A stretch of 64,000 nt of DNA from Leucoraja ocellata. Lineage: Eukaryota. Positions 24,401-36,877 of this stretch are shown here, in pieces. Location: positions 1,612,001 to 1,676,000 of the forward strand of contig JAWMAR010000421.1 of assembly GCA_036785375.1 (NCBI GenBank), written 5' to 3'. The position numbers and the translations under genes were made by a program. The notes under the pieces are model-generated. The model worked only from the letters and a program-made list of their open reading frames with translations, was not told where the DNA came from and did not search any database. The stretch's first letter is position 1. Each line of letters starts with the position of its first letter.

Positions 24401-27400
24401 TCGGCTACACGAGGGAACCATTACTCAAAACACGGCCCGTTACCAAAATCCATTGATTGGAGACAGAAAGGAAAATTTGTCACGCCCGTAAAAAACCAGG
24501 TAAAGACAAATGATTCACTCAATCAGGTAACAAAAAAACATAGTCAGTGGATGCTGGAAACCTGAAATAGAAACAAAATGCTGAAAGTATTAATCTGGTT
24601 ACACTGCATATATCGGGGAGAAACAGATATAACACATCTTTTTAATCAATTGCAGATAAGGATAAAGCACACAGTGTCTGTTAGCATTGTGTTGTTAGCT
24701 AATGACTTGGTGCTGAAGTGGATCCTAAAGCAAGATGCACATAAAGTAGTCTGATTTTACAGCCATGTCTCGTTACTCAGCAAAACATCTGTACAGCCAA
24801 CAGATGGCCAAAACTGGAGAAAAGCAGCAGTGAAGAAAGCGAATGGCATGTTGGCCTTTATAACAAGAGGAATCGAATATAGGAGCAAAGAGGTCCTTCT
24901 ACAGTTGTACAGAGCCCTATTCAGACCACACCTGGAGTTTTGTGTACAGTTTTGGTCCCCTAATTTGAGGAAGGACCTTCTTGCTATTGATGGAGTGCAG
25001 CGTAGGTTTACAAGGTTAATTCCCGGGATGGCGGGGCTGTCATATGCTGAGAGAATGGAGCAGCTGGGCTTGTACACTCTGGAGTTTAGAAGGATGAGAG
25101 GATATCTCATTGAAACATATAAGATTGTTAAGGGCTTGGACACGCTAGAGGCAGGAAACATGTTCCCGATGTTGGGGGAGACCAGAACCAGGGGCCACAG
25201 TTTAAGAATAAGGAGTAAGCCATTTAGAACGGAGACGAGGAAACACTTTTTCTCACAGGGAGTGGTGAGTCTGTGGAATTATCTGCCTCAGAGGACGGTG
25301 GAGGCAGGTTCTCTGGATGCTTTCAAGAGAGAGCTAGATAGGGCTCTTAAAAATAGCGGAGTGAGAGGATATGGGGAGAAGGCAGGAACGGGGTACTGAT
25401 TGCAGATGATCAGCCATGATCACATTGAATGGTGGTGCTGGCCCGAAGGGCCGAATGGCCTACTCCTGCACCTATTATCTATTGTCTAAAAGCATACTAT
25501 TATTACAACTGTAATACTTAGAAGATGAAAGCAGAATACAAAATTATGGTTATAACATACACTTTTGTGCATTTAGAACGGGTAATGGTGATAGAAAAAG
25601 TTCCCAACTACCTTTTTTTAACCAGGAGAGACATCAATTATGTGGCTTTAACGTAATGTCATTCGACCCTCTCCAGCCTGCATGCCCAACTTGGGATTGA
25701 TCATAAACAATGGGGAAACTATTGTCCTAAACTCATATTGGTTCCTTGAGCTAGAGTTTCAGGCAGTATTTACTCTCAACATACAGACTAAGATGGTGGT
25801 CAGGGCAGTGTCTACAGTCCTTGTCAGAAACTGATCCACCTTCTCCTTGAACGCAGTGAGTCAACAACTACAGTAGCAGGTAGCAACACATTTCTCTCAG
25901 GAAAACAACTGGCCATCATCGCAGTACACTTACACCAATGGAGTTTAAGCTCGGTTTCTTTCTTCTTCATTTGTTAAATTGAAGTAATCTATAATTATTT
26001 CATACAACTATGGCAGTTTGCCTTTAATTTGCATTTAACCAGTCCCTATAAAATAAGAAAGTTTCCTAAACCGCTTCACACAAGTGTTATTAAAATATAT
26101 TACAGAAGAAGGGTTTCGGCCCGAAACGTCGCCTATTTCCTTCGCTCCATAGATGCTGCTGCACCCGCTGAGTTTCTCCAGCATTTTTGTGTACCTTTTA
26201 TTAAAGTATAATTCTCATTTAACGATGCATTAAGGCAAATTGGTAAGAGAGGTAGATTTTTAAAGATCAAAGAGGTAGAGAGGGAGATTGCCTTAGGTTT
26301 AAGGGCCTGTCCCACTTTCCCGAGTTATTCACGAATTCTCCCAAGTTTTCAAACTCGCAGAATGTTCGTAACGAGTCCGTAGAAGGCCGTAGGAGTCTGT
26401 GGATATATCATAGCGGCTCGTTATGCCAGCCACAGGTACTCGGGGCATCAGGTAAGTCGGGACGTTTTTTCAGCATGATGAAAAATGTCTACGAGTAAAA
26501 AAAAATAGCCCCGAGTACCTACGGCTGGCATAACGAGCCGCTACGATATATCCACAGACTCCTACGGACTTGTTACGAACATTCTGTGAGTTTGAAAACT
26601 CGGGAGAATTCGTGAAAAACTCGGGAAAGTGGCACAGGCCCTTTAGGGTGTTAGCCCTCTAAGGAAGGTCTAAGTGGGATTGTAGGAGCAACTCCACTGA
26701 CAGCAAAAGTACGTTTGGCTTCCAATCATGTCTATTTTCTGGTTTGAGTAACGTTAATTACAGATTGCAATCTCCACAGGGTGGGTGTGGAAGCTGTTGG
26801 ACCTTTTCTACTACAGGATGTTTGGAATCTGCAGTTGCAATACATTCAGGAAAACTTTTTTCACTGGTAAGTGTTGTTCCCAAACTTTGTTTATCTGAGT
26901 TATTGGACAACTTTCCAAAAATTGCACGAGGCTAACATATTTTCAAACTTCTTGTAGGCAGAACAGCAACTTGTAGACTGTGCTCAGAACTTTAACAATC
27001 ATGGATGCTCTGGGTGAGTGAATGTGCAATGTGTTATACATTTTCAAATTGGACTGTTCGAATGTGGAACTAAGAAATTATTATCTGGTTCTTTTTATAA
27101 GGACCTATCATCCTTACCACAAAGCCTTTCTAAGGAAGAATTTATCTTCACACAATCTTTATTCCATATCTCTCACTTCTCAGAGCATTGGGAGAAATCT
27201 CTCTCTTGGTTCTGAAGAATTCAAGTACTCTGCATGGAATCAAAATTGGAAAAGTCTATCCAAAAGTAAAGTACTTTATGATTAAAATGCTTTTGATCTA
27301 AAATAGGGACTCGTTTTGTAAAGAACTCCATGCCTATTTCATATTTTACACTATTGTTTTCAATATTTCGCCAGGGGACTACCAAGTCAAGCCTTTGAAT

Positions 27401-30400
27401 ACATTAAGTACAACAATGGGTTGGAAACTGAAAAGGATTATCCGTATGAAGGAAAGGTGAGATTTTACATTTGTGACTACACAGTTAAATAGAATTGATG
27501 TCCTTGTTCAATCACTTAAATTTTGCAAATGGACAAATAAATTGCTGGACAAGTTTTATAAAAATGGCACCAAAATATACCTGTAAACTAAATTGGAGGA
27601 TAGTAAAACCCGTGAAAACTCGAAATGAAAATAATGTGAATGTTGAAATTTAAGCATGTAATTATAATTAGTTGACTCTGATGCTCTTCAGCATGTGCAC
27701 TTTTATGATATCAACAAGCAAGTCTCGTGTAACTATTTCCTTCTGGACTTGTCACAGAATGATTATTATTGTTTTTCCAATAAATGAGACAGCGGGAGTG
27801 CAAGGGAGGGGAGAGGCCCATGTTAGACCCATATTTAATCTTGGCTAGTGCTCACTTGGCTGATCTTGGTCAGGGTCTTAAAAAAAAATTAGTTTGGTTT
27901 ACTGCGAGAGCTCAAATAAGTTAAAGAAGATTTCACTCAAAGGATGCAGGCCTCAATTGGGAAGACCAGCATTCATGCCCATCAATAAATGCTCATGAAT
28001 GATTGGCTTGCTTGGCCCTTTCAGAGAACAGTTAAGATTCAATTGCTTGTGGGTCTCGAGACACAAATATCAGACTGGGTTAATATGATGCACTATCTTC
28101 TGTATTGAAATGGATGTGTTATTGTAACAACCAATAGTACAGGACATGGGAACGTACATTTTGTATAGTGCAATCTGATCACAGGAACTAATGCTGAATT
28201 ACAGATGTAGTTAATTGATTTGACATTGATTCTAATACAATACTGCAAATGTGGATGAACCAAAGTCCTGTAAAGCTACATTAGGACTCTCTGACTCTTG
28301 TACTCAACGCCCTGACCTATGGAAGCATATTCCTTATTTGCCACTTTCAAGGAGCTATAAACTTGGACACCAAGATTCCTCCACATCAATGCTGTTATAG
28401 TCAAACCACAAATGTATATATTTCCCCTTAATATTGACCTCACAAAGTGGAACTTTGGCTTGCATTTTAATGGTTTGCTTACCTCGTATAACTATTAATT
28501 CCTTGTCTTAATAATTAGCGTATATTTATTTATTTGTTTGTTTTGTTATTGCATTAACGTGTCTGTAAAGCTACAGCAAATAAGAATAGCATTGTTCTGT
28601 TCCCAGTGTATATGATAATTAAACACACTCTTTACTTATCTTGAGACTGGATAGGCTGGCCTTGTTTTCCCCAGAGCAAAGGAAACCGAGGGACACTAAG
28701 AAAAGACATAGGTTTAAGTTGAGAGGAAGGAATTCTCAATGAGATTTGAGGGAAAAGTTTATTTTTGCAGAGTATGTTTGAAAGAATGCCAGCCGTCAAC
28801 ACGCCTCAGACTACGTATAAATCCCACGCACATAATTACAGGCAGATAAAATTTAAAAGTAACTGGTCATAGTTATAACATACTGAGTTAAGCTAAATGG
28901 CTACTACATCTGGAACATTGCCAGGGAAGGTGTGGAATTGAATACAATAATTACTTTGAGATACTTAGACTCTTCCACAAGCAAGGATATGGTCTAAATA
29001 GGGGCACATGGGATGTGTAAGTGGGCAGGAAGATGGGCAAGAAGGTCGACTGGCTTGGATGAAGAGCAAAAGGAACTGTTTCCTTGCTGTAAAACTACGA
29101 CTCACAAAAGGCATAGAATCAGGGCACTCAGTCCCAATAAAACTAAGCCGAATCAGCATGGTTTTAAAGATCAGAACTTGTGCTTCACTAACCTATTAGA
29201 GCTTCTAAAAATATAACCAGCATTTAGAAGACAGGAACGAGCCAGAGGGCATGTAATTTTGGATTTGCAGTAGGCCTTTGATCAGATGTCATGCAGTGGA
29301 CTATTGAACTAGATTAAAATTTGAGGTTGTGTATATATGTTGAAAACAGCATGAATTTGGATTCAGCACACTGACAGACTACAGAGTAAGAATACACAGT
29401 TCATCCTTTGGGTAGCATAGATACATGCCACGAGGGCATGGTTGGGTCTATTTTTATAATTTACTTTAACTTCAATGAGAGGACAATGTAGTATATTCAT
29501 GATACATTATTGATCATAAAATACTAGGTAAGATTAGGAGGAGTCTACAAAGATGCATTTTGAGTGGGCAAAATTATAGCAGGTGGAGAATAAGGTGGTG
29601 AAGTGTGAAATTATCTGCTGGTAGGGTTTTTTTTGAAGTGTGAGACAGAGAAATGCAACGGAGAGATGTCTGTGCTCTTGTGTATAAAGCATAGATGAGT
29701 AACAACTGGATTCAGCATGTAGTGGGTTTGGATGTTACCATAAGGAAGGCTGGTTGCAGCTATACAGGGTTTTGTTAAACCAAGAGATCACAGGTGCTGG
29801 AATCCAGTACAAGAAGGATCTCGACCCAAAACATTACCCATTCCTTCTCCCCAGAGATGCTGCCTGTCCACTTGAGTTATGCCAGCATTTTGTGTCTATC
29901 ATCGGTTTAAACCATGATCTGCAGTTCCATCCCACACGAAAAACAAACTGCTGGAAGAACTCAGCAGGTCAGGATGTGGAGGCAGAGATGGGTCAACATT
30001 TCAGGTTGAGAACCTGCATCAGTACAAGATGCTAGGTCTTGACCCAAATCATCAACCATCCCTTTAGCCGCTGATATTGCCTGGCCCTCTGCCTTCCTCC
30101 AGCATTTTATTTATTGCTAGGCCCAACCCTGGAGTACTTTGTACTGCTTTAATCTCTCCACTTTAGGATGCAAGTTTTTGAAGGGGTGCAATGGAGATTA
30201 ACTAATCTCACAAAGTAATAAAGTTTAATACATTCATCTTCAAAATGCTGAGAGTAAAACTCAGACCCAGAATCTTGTCCAACTTAAGCCGAGTGAAAAA
30301 GCAACCAAACTGCAGTTAATATTCCTATTATAATCTTCTTTCACTGCTCATGTTTCTACCAGAATGGATCTTGCAGGTTCCAGCCAAGCAAAGCAGTTGC

Positions 30401-33056
30401 ATTTGTCAAAGATGTGGTGAACATTACAGAGGTAAGTTGCTAATCTTCCTGGACTACAACATTCACTCACTCCTTTCTAAACACAACTGAATTAAATTGG
30501 ACCAGAACTCAATGCTCAAATTAATTTCAAGCAAGAAGGACGGAATGACCTTGTATTTTTTCCATTGATCAAAAGGGAGCCATGGTAGCTTCGGAAGGGA
30601 TGGACCATGCTTGATTATAGTTATGGACAGGGAAATGATTATAGATGTCCTCACAGATTTCTACAAGCCATTTGATAGTCTCTCTTAATGTTATTAATTT
30701 ATAGGATGTGGGCAGTGCTGGTAAGAGCAGCATTTATTTCCCACACATAACTACTTGAATGTGATCTACATCAATGATTTGGATGAGAACATACAGGGCA
30801 AGATTCGCAAGGTCATCAGAGAGTATTGAATATAGCAGTTGGAAGGTCATGTTGCAGTTGTATAAGACATTGGTGACACTGCATTTAGAATAATGTGTTC
30901 AGTTCTGGGCACCATGTTATAGGAAAGATATTGTCAAGGTTGAAAGGGTTCAGAAAAGATTTACGAGGATGTTGCCAGGACTAGAGGGTGTGGGCTGTAG
31001 GGAGAGGCTGAGTAGGCTGGGTCTCTATTCCATGGAGTGCAGGAGGATGAGGGGAATATCTTATAGAGGTATACAAAATCATGCGAGGAATAGATCGGGT
31101 AGATGCACAGTCTTTTGCCCAGAGTAGGGGAATCGAGGACCAAAGGACATAGGTTCAAGGTGAAGGGGAAAAGATTTAATAGGAATCCAAGGGGTAACTT
31201 CTTCACACGAAGATGGTGGGTGTATGGAACAAGCTGCCAGAGGAGATGGCTGAGGCTGGGACTATCCCATTGTTTAAGAAATAGTTGGACATGGATAGGA
31301 CAGGTTTGAAGGGATATGGACCAAGCGCAGGCAAGTAGGACTAGTGTGGCTGGGACATTGTTGGCCGGTGTGGACAAGTTGGGCCAGAGGGCCTGTTTCC
31401 ACACTGTATCACTCTGACTCTATGGTGGTCACTACCCTCGTCCTTCTGCAGAGGGCTCAGGATAAGATGCACAGGCAGTTCTTGCAACAATTTCAAACAA
31501 GATTGACAAAACCATCTCTAAACAGCATGTGAAAGGCGGCACATTGATGTAATGTTAAAAGTTACAAATACAGTATTTGATTGTTCGAGGTGTAGCTGAC
31601 ATAATATGTGACAGTTCAAAAGAACATAGAAATAGAAGTAACTTTCTAATTCAGCCCTTTTTCCTGCTCTGAAAAGTTTTATGGATTTATGTATACAAAA
31701 TTAGTACACAATTAATTAAAAATAATAAAGACCCTGGATATACAGATTAAGGGGAACAGTTATGCTTCAGTTATACTCAAACACCTCTGGCCTGGTCAAA
31801 TTAGTATGCATTGGTCTTGAAAAAAGTAGTTGTTTTACCAGAATGAGAATCTCAGGAAATTAAGAATCAAGCTTTTTAGTAGTTAATAAACAAATACACA
31901 CAAAAGGAATAATAAGTTTGAGACCAAATGTAAATTGATGCTCAATTATTAATTTGAAACATGACCATAATAGCTTATTGGTGATCAAAACTATCAAAGA
32001 ATATGCCATTATTTAACGGAAATATTATGATTCATTAGACCAAACAGACCCAACAGGTTGAAAGCCTTAATTACAATTCCATGTCTAGTGTGTTATTGCA
32101 GTACTTGTGGAAGTACATCAGTCTAACACCTTGTTTGTTTTACAGTATGATGAAAATGGCATGGTGGATGCTGTGGGAAGATTGAATCCTGTCAGTTTGG
32201 CATTTCAAGTGACTGATGATTTTTTAAGCTACACAAGTGGTATTTATTCCAAGTAAGTCACTTGAAGCCATAAGTACACAGTTCAGTTTCAAACAGCTCA
32301 GGTGTCACAAAAGACGTTTTGCTTATCAGCATAAATGGAAAGTCTGAACTGCCTTAACGTCCAAGTGTAAATGCTGGGAGATCTGCAGGGAACTCGGCAT
32401 CTCCCGGGAAGTTAATGCATTTTTCTAATGAAGTTGGTGGAAGTAAAATTATTAGAGGCAAGTACTCCCCTCCACTGGATCCAGTATAACTGCGTGCTAG
32501 TTCCTCTCTTGTTAGGTTGCAAACCGTAGTGTCTCCAGTGATCCAGGGCCACTGCTGAGTTTTGTGTTCACAGCAGGTTCATGTCACATTTAACTAATCA
32601 ATAGGCATTGTGGGTAAAATCTCTCAGTAATTATTAAATACCTTAGAGTCACGGTCATCCCTCAAGTTTCCCATCCCCACCTCTTAAACCCCAATACTAT
32701 GATCAAGCCAATCCCTCCAACTTACCCCTTCATCCACACTAAAACTTTATGGCCTTGTGTATGTCAGGTGCACTCCTGACCATGTATTTAATAATGTAGA
32801 ATTTTGGGCTCAATTTATTATAACTGGAAGGCTTCCATTTATTAACAAATATTTGATTACCAAAATACACCAACTATACCAAATAACACCAACATCACTA
32901 CAGTGGGGTTGAATGCCTGTTTTGGTCTGTTCACAAATGCCTGTGTCAATCATGATTGCTCTGCACATCAACATACCCATTTACCCTTTTGCTTATTTGA
33001 TTATATAGATTCACAGAGAATCATGAGAGGCTTAGATAATGTCAATAGTTATAAAC

Positions 33057-33094
<38 letters not shown>

Positions 33095-36000
33095 AGGAGT
33101 CCAGAACTAGAGGGCATAGGCTTAAGGTGATTTGGGAAATATTTAAGTGATCTGAGACTAACAGTTTCTTCACACAGACCTCAGTGCATATATAGAGTGA
33201 GCTGCCAAAAGGTGTTATTGAATCGGGTATGCTGGCCATATTTAAAAAACATTTAGTCAGGCACATGGATGGAAAGGTTTAGAGGCTTAGGGGCCAAAGT
33301 CAGGCAAATGGGACCATCTCAGCTGTAAAACCTGATTGGCGTGGACATGTTTGGCAAAGGGCTTGTTTCTTTACTGTATCACTATATTTATGTAACTTCT
33401 GTTTAAGTGCTTCTGAACTGATGGCCTCCGTCTTGTAGTGGAGAACTCCATATTCTCATCATTCCCTGTGTATGGAACTTTCTCCTGAATTACTTAATTC
33501 GATGTATTAATGACTTTCTTAAATTTACAGTTACTAGTCTCCGTCTTCTCCACAATGGAAACATCTTCTCCACGGCTACTCTGTCAAAATTTTATTTAAA
33601 CTTAAAGATCTCCATAAAGTTATCCTTTAACCTGTTTTTGAAGGGTGGGTCTGGAATCCCAAGACAGAGGATTTTGAGGGAATACAAACATCCATGTATT
33701 TGGAATAATAAATTAAGTGAATTTGTCTCACTTCCGGTTTCAAACATTTTCACGTCCTCTAAAGCATGCAGTTGAGTTGATGTCTCGTAACCCAGCGCAT
33801 AGTCCTCTCATTCTTCAAGTGAAAAGATTCAACTTAGCAAAAATCCTCTGGTGTTCACTTCTGGGTTATTTGATGTTTTAGATACTTTTAGTAGGTTTGC
33901 CTTTCTAAAGAACTTATTAAAAATATATATATTTAGCTGACCTCATGTTTCGCATACAAGGACTGAGGGTATAAGAGATGTTTGAACTGAACCAGGGCAC
34001 CAAAATTCAGTGCCAGATCCCAGCATGAATTTCTGAATTTATAATGAAGAATCCCCATCTAAACCTGTTATCCTGCAATGAAATATTCTGTCACTGGCGA
34101 TGTTGTAATTAGCGTGTTAAGTTTCCGGGGACAATTCCCATTGTAACTATTGACAAAGCAATTTATACTACAATGGGAAATGTTAACCTATGCAGGAATG
34201 TATGAATTTTATTTTTTCAAGTTATTGAAACTTATGGTATTTAAACAATTCTTTGACAGCAAAAACTGCGATTCGACTCCAGACAAAGTGAATCATGCTG
34301 TGTTAGCTGTGGGCTATGGAGTATCTAATGGGACCAAATACTGGATTGTGAAGAACTCGTGGGGACCCAAGTGGGGAATCAATGGGTCTGTAAATTTCTT
34401 CAATGTCTTAACAAATAGTTTTTTGTCAAATAACTGCATACTTGAATCAATGAGATTATGATTAACTGGCAGTAACATATACCAGTAACACTGTTTAATA
34501 GCTGAGCAATGAATACGGAAGATTACTGGCCTGCAATTTGATTCGCTTTATGTTGCTTTTTCAATTCCTGGTCCCATATGTTGATCAGTTTGTACGAAGG
34601 TTCAAAGGTAATTTTGTTGAAGGCTCTAAACCCCTCAAAATATCATTTAATAAGATCATGAGTGGTCTTCTTCTGCCAAATCCCCAATTTAAAAATATAA
34701 ATATATTTAGTCTTCAAAAATGTAAGTTCGTACCAGTGCTCATTTTTGCACGTGTATTTTAGCGGTGATCTGCAATGATAAGATAAACTAAATCTAGGAC
34801 GAGGCCATTAGGTTCAAGTGCAAGCCTTGCTTAGACATGGGGGGGGCATGAGATGGGGGCAGAAAAATATTGGTGTTTGAAGTCTGAGCACTGGAGTCAA
34901 ATAAACTAACTCAACACTGACTGTAAGGGGAATATGGAAAAAAGAGGTTGAAAAACATGCCTTTGAAGGACACGGATTCATTCAAGGAATGTGCCCTAGC
35001 TCAGTTAAACTGAAGTCAAGGTGAACAATATCAGATGGTCAGAGAGAGAGGAAAGCAGATGGCTGTAAGACAAAGATCAAAATTGTGTCTATCCATGAAA
35101 GGCAAGATTCTTCCCAACAGAATGGTGCAGCACAGGAGATCATTCAGCACATCATGGTTTTGTTGGTTCTTTGAAAAGCTTCCATTAATGTTGCTCTTCA
35201 CCACAGTGCCATGATTCCCGGCCCTTTTCAACTATTCATTTGGTTAATTACCCTTAGATTTGTCTACTACTACCAGGTGTATCCTACCTGCTACCACCCC
35301 CACTTGCACGCACGCACAACTCTTGTATGTCAGTTGTTAAATCTGTGTTCTCTAGTTAGCCATCATTCTGTCTGCTAACACCCTTTACAACTACTCTGAA
35401 GTGTCCACAATCCATGTGTGTTTGAAATAAGTATTTTAAATGTATATTGGTTTCCACATCGCGTGTCAATCATCATTATGAAGAGAGTACTGTGGAAACT
35501 GTAACATCGCTCTGTGTAATAGTTCACAGTCAAGCAGGATTTCTTGTGCTTATCCATGAGAAATGATGGATACTGAGTGTGATAAATTGCACACCTACAT
35601 CCGGTGATGTCCCTCGGACCACAGCAGTCATCTGGAATCCATGGGAATCCCTGGTTAAACAAAGAAGATGTGGGATGTTCTACAAAGTTTAGCCTGGGGC
35701 CATGACAGTGATATGCCAAATTAAAGTAAAACAAAATCAAAAGGTAACAAATTAGATTGTATCCAGTGACCACTGTGTCCTGTGGTTTTAGCAGTGTCCA
35801 CTGTTGCAAAAGTGCAAGGCCTTGACTATATGAAAGTGGTCAAAAATCACAGACAGAAGATTCCTCCAACATATCTGCATCTGTTTCCTGATACCTAGTT
35901 CAGACAATAAATATGTTCCCTGTCCCTTCATTGAGAAGATTCCCAACTCTGTATTCTCCCTACTAGAGCAGACTTTCAGAGACCAGGAGTGCGTGATGAC

Positions 36001-36877
36001 TAAAGATTGGATTTGAGCTGCAGGTCTGTGAGATTTTGAAATGGGAGTTGTACCTTGATTGAAAGATACAGCATGGAAACAGGCCATTCAGACCATGGAA
36101 ACATACCAAGTCCACACCGACCTGTTCACACTAATTCTACATTACCATACCTTCCTTCCACTCCCTACATACTAGGGGCAATTTTACAGAAACCAATTAA
36201 CCTGCAAACTTGCTTGAGTTTGGGACATGGGAGGAAACCGGAGCACGTGTGGGGAAACGCACACGGTCAGAACGTGCAAACTCCAAGCACTCAAAATCAG
36301 GGTCGAATTTGTGTCTCTGATATTCTGAGGCAGCAGTTTACCAGCAATGTCATTGTGTTGCCCAAACTTCTCAAACTGTAGGTAAATGTGACAGACAAGC
36401 AGCCTGACAATGAAGAGTCAGAGTTCTTTCATAGCAAACACTTCTGAGACACTGAGTTTTATTTTGGAGAATAATAAAAATGTAGGGGAGTGTAACTGGC
36501 CTTAATGGATTGGTTTAGTGGATGCAAAGATTTTAATGCAATAACAAAAAGCTGTTTAGCGACAGGCATGGATGCTCAAAAGACAATGTCTGCATCCTGC
36601 AGTTTATGGAAGTTTGGTGTGGGCAACATTGGCAGGTGTATATATGAACATATGAAATGGGAACATAAGTTGACGACCTGGCCCTTCTGCCATTTAAGGA
36701 AAGCGTGATATGATTGTTCATTCCATTACAACTGTAACCACATTTCGAATTAACTTAATTTGCTATCTGACACTTAAATCTGTGTTTTATTTTAGCTATT
36801 TCTACATTGAAAGAGGAAAGAACATGTGTGGATTGGCTGCATGTGCATCCTACCCCATCCCCCAGCCCCTGAAATGA
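15336..36877 (+). CDS. CTSH: Pro-cathepsin H (papain family C1A), complete, 12 exons, 996 nt, 331 aa
   Basis: join(15336..15408,18291..18322,21209..21314,22229..22299,24395..24499,26780..26866,26958..27013,27375..27456,30363..30431,32146..32252,34260..34385,36796..36877). Contains a signal peptide, ERFNIN ([20 protein letters not shown]), GLNQYSD, the cathepsin H mini-chain PQNCSAT, catalytic [14 protein letters not shown] and KNSWG, and the C-terminus [12 protein letters not shown]. Confidence 0.97.
16495..16787 (-). mobile_element. Degenerate V-SINE (tRNA-derived, HE1-like)
   Basis: Similar to 43612-43913 (attaacct...acatctttaggatgtggcaggaaactg). Confidence 0.65.
16933..17092 (+). mobile_element. 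V-SINE 5' part
   Basis: tRNA-like head with B box ggttcgatc, then the V domain gtctatgtggagtttgcacattctccc...gggtttcctc. Confidence 0.75.
17095..18030 (+). mobile_element. L2-clade LINE fragment (RT domain, frameshifted) in CTSH intron 1
   Basis: [53 protein letters not shown]...[13 protein letters not shown]...LASLHWLPV. Confidence 0.92.
18291..18322 (+). CDS. CTSH: CTSH exon 2 (32 bp)
   Basis: ttttacag|AA...ATG|gtaatt; [11 protein letters not shown] (start of the I29 prodomain, FxxW). Confidence 0.88.
21209..21314 (+). CDS. CTSH: CTSH exon 3
   Basis: gagcag|AAC...A|gtgagt; [35 protein letters not shown]. Confidence 0.93.
21334..21538 (+). mobile_element. Solo terminal IR/DR of a Tc1-family transposon
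   Basis: TA|CAATGGCTTGCAAAAGTATTCATACCCCTTGAAC start; 14-bp direct repeat TGCAAAAGTATTCA at 21342-21355 and 21525-21538; about 205 bp long. Confidence 0.82.
21910..22110. mobile_element. Fold-back Penelope-like element 3' fragment with target-site duplication
   Basis: Inverted arms of about 75 bp; direct repeat taccatcaatataaatgtt at 21891-21909 and 22108-22126; homologous to 62722-63125. Confidence 0.85.
22229..22299 (+). CDS. CTSH: CTSH exon 4
   Basis: ctacag|TG...CAG|gtaacg; [24 protein letters not shown]. Confidence 0.93.
24395..24499 (+). CDS. CTSH: CTSH exon 5
   Basis: tcatag|AAC...CAG|gtaaag; [35 protein letters not shown]. Confidence 0.95.
24827..25487 (+). mobile_element. Young 5'-truncated CR1 LINE in CTSH intron 5
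   Basis: Uninterrupted 189-aa ORF2 C-terminus ([10 protein letters not shown]...[13 protein letters not shown]...TRGHSLRI); complete 3' UTR; candidate TSD aaaagca at 24820-24826 and 25488-25494. Confidence 0.93.
26302..26642. mobile_element. Hairpin MITE, probably PIF/Harbinger-type
   Basis: TTA|agggcctgtcccactttcccgag...ctcgggaaagtggcacaggccct|TTA; inverted arms of about 135-145 bp. Confidence 0.9.
26780..26866 (+). CDS. CTSH: CTSH exon 6 (catalytic Cys)
   Basis: ccacag|GGT...CTG|gtaagt; [29 protein letters not shown]. Confidence 0.96.
26958..27013 (+). CDS. CTSH: CTSH exon 7
   Basis: ttgtag|GCA...GG|gtgagt; [19 protein letters not shown]. Confidence 0.95.
27375..27456 (+). CDS. CTSH: CTSH exon 8
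   Basis: cgccag|G...AAG|gtgaga; [27 protein letters not shown]. Confidence 0.95.
30363..30431 (+). CDS. CTSH: CTSH exon 9
   Basis: taccag|AAT...GAG|gtaagt; [23 protein letters not shown]. Confidence 0.94.
30760..31423 (+). mobile_element. CR1 LINE 3' fragment with internal deletion
   Basis: tgtgttcagttctgggcacc (CVQFWAP), [17 protein letters not shown], tail cactctgactctatg. Confidence 0.88.
32146..32252 (+). CDS. CTSH: CTSH exon 10
   Basis: ttacag|TAT...AA|gtaagt; [35 protein letters not shown]. Confidence 0.95.
33015..33390 (+). mobile_element. Decayed CR1 3' fragment containing a C36 run (33058-33093)
   Basis: gagtccagaactagagggcatagg...ttcttcacacag; CR1-type 3' UTR. Confidence 0.75.
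34260..34385 (+). CDS. CTSH: CTSH exon 11 (catalytic His and Asn)
   Basis: tgacag|C...GG|gtctgt; [41 protein letters not shown]. Confidence 0.95.
36060..36362 (-). mobile_element. V-SINE
   Basis: attaacctgcaaac...gggaggaaaccggagcac...gaacgtgcaaactcca is the reverse of the V domain; CR1-like tail. Confidence 0.8.
36796..36877 (+). CDS. CTSH: CTSH exon 12 (last)
   Basis: ttttag|C TAT...TGA; [26 protein letters not shown]. Confidence 0.95.
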
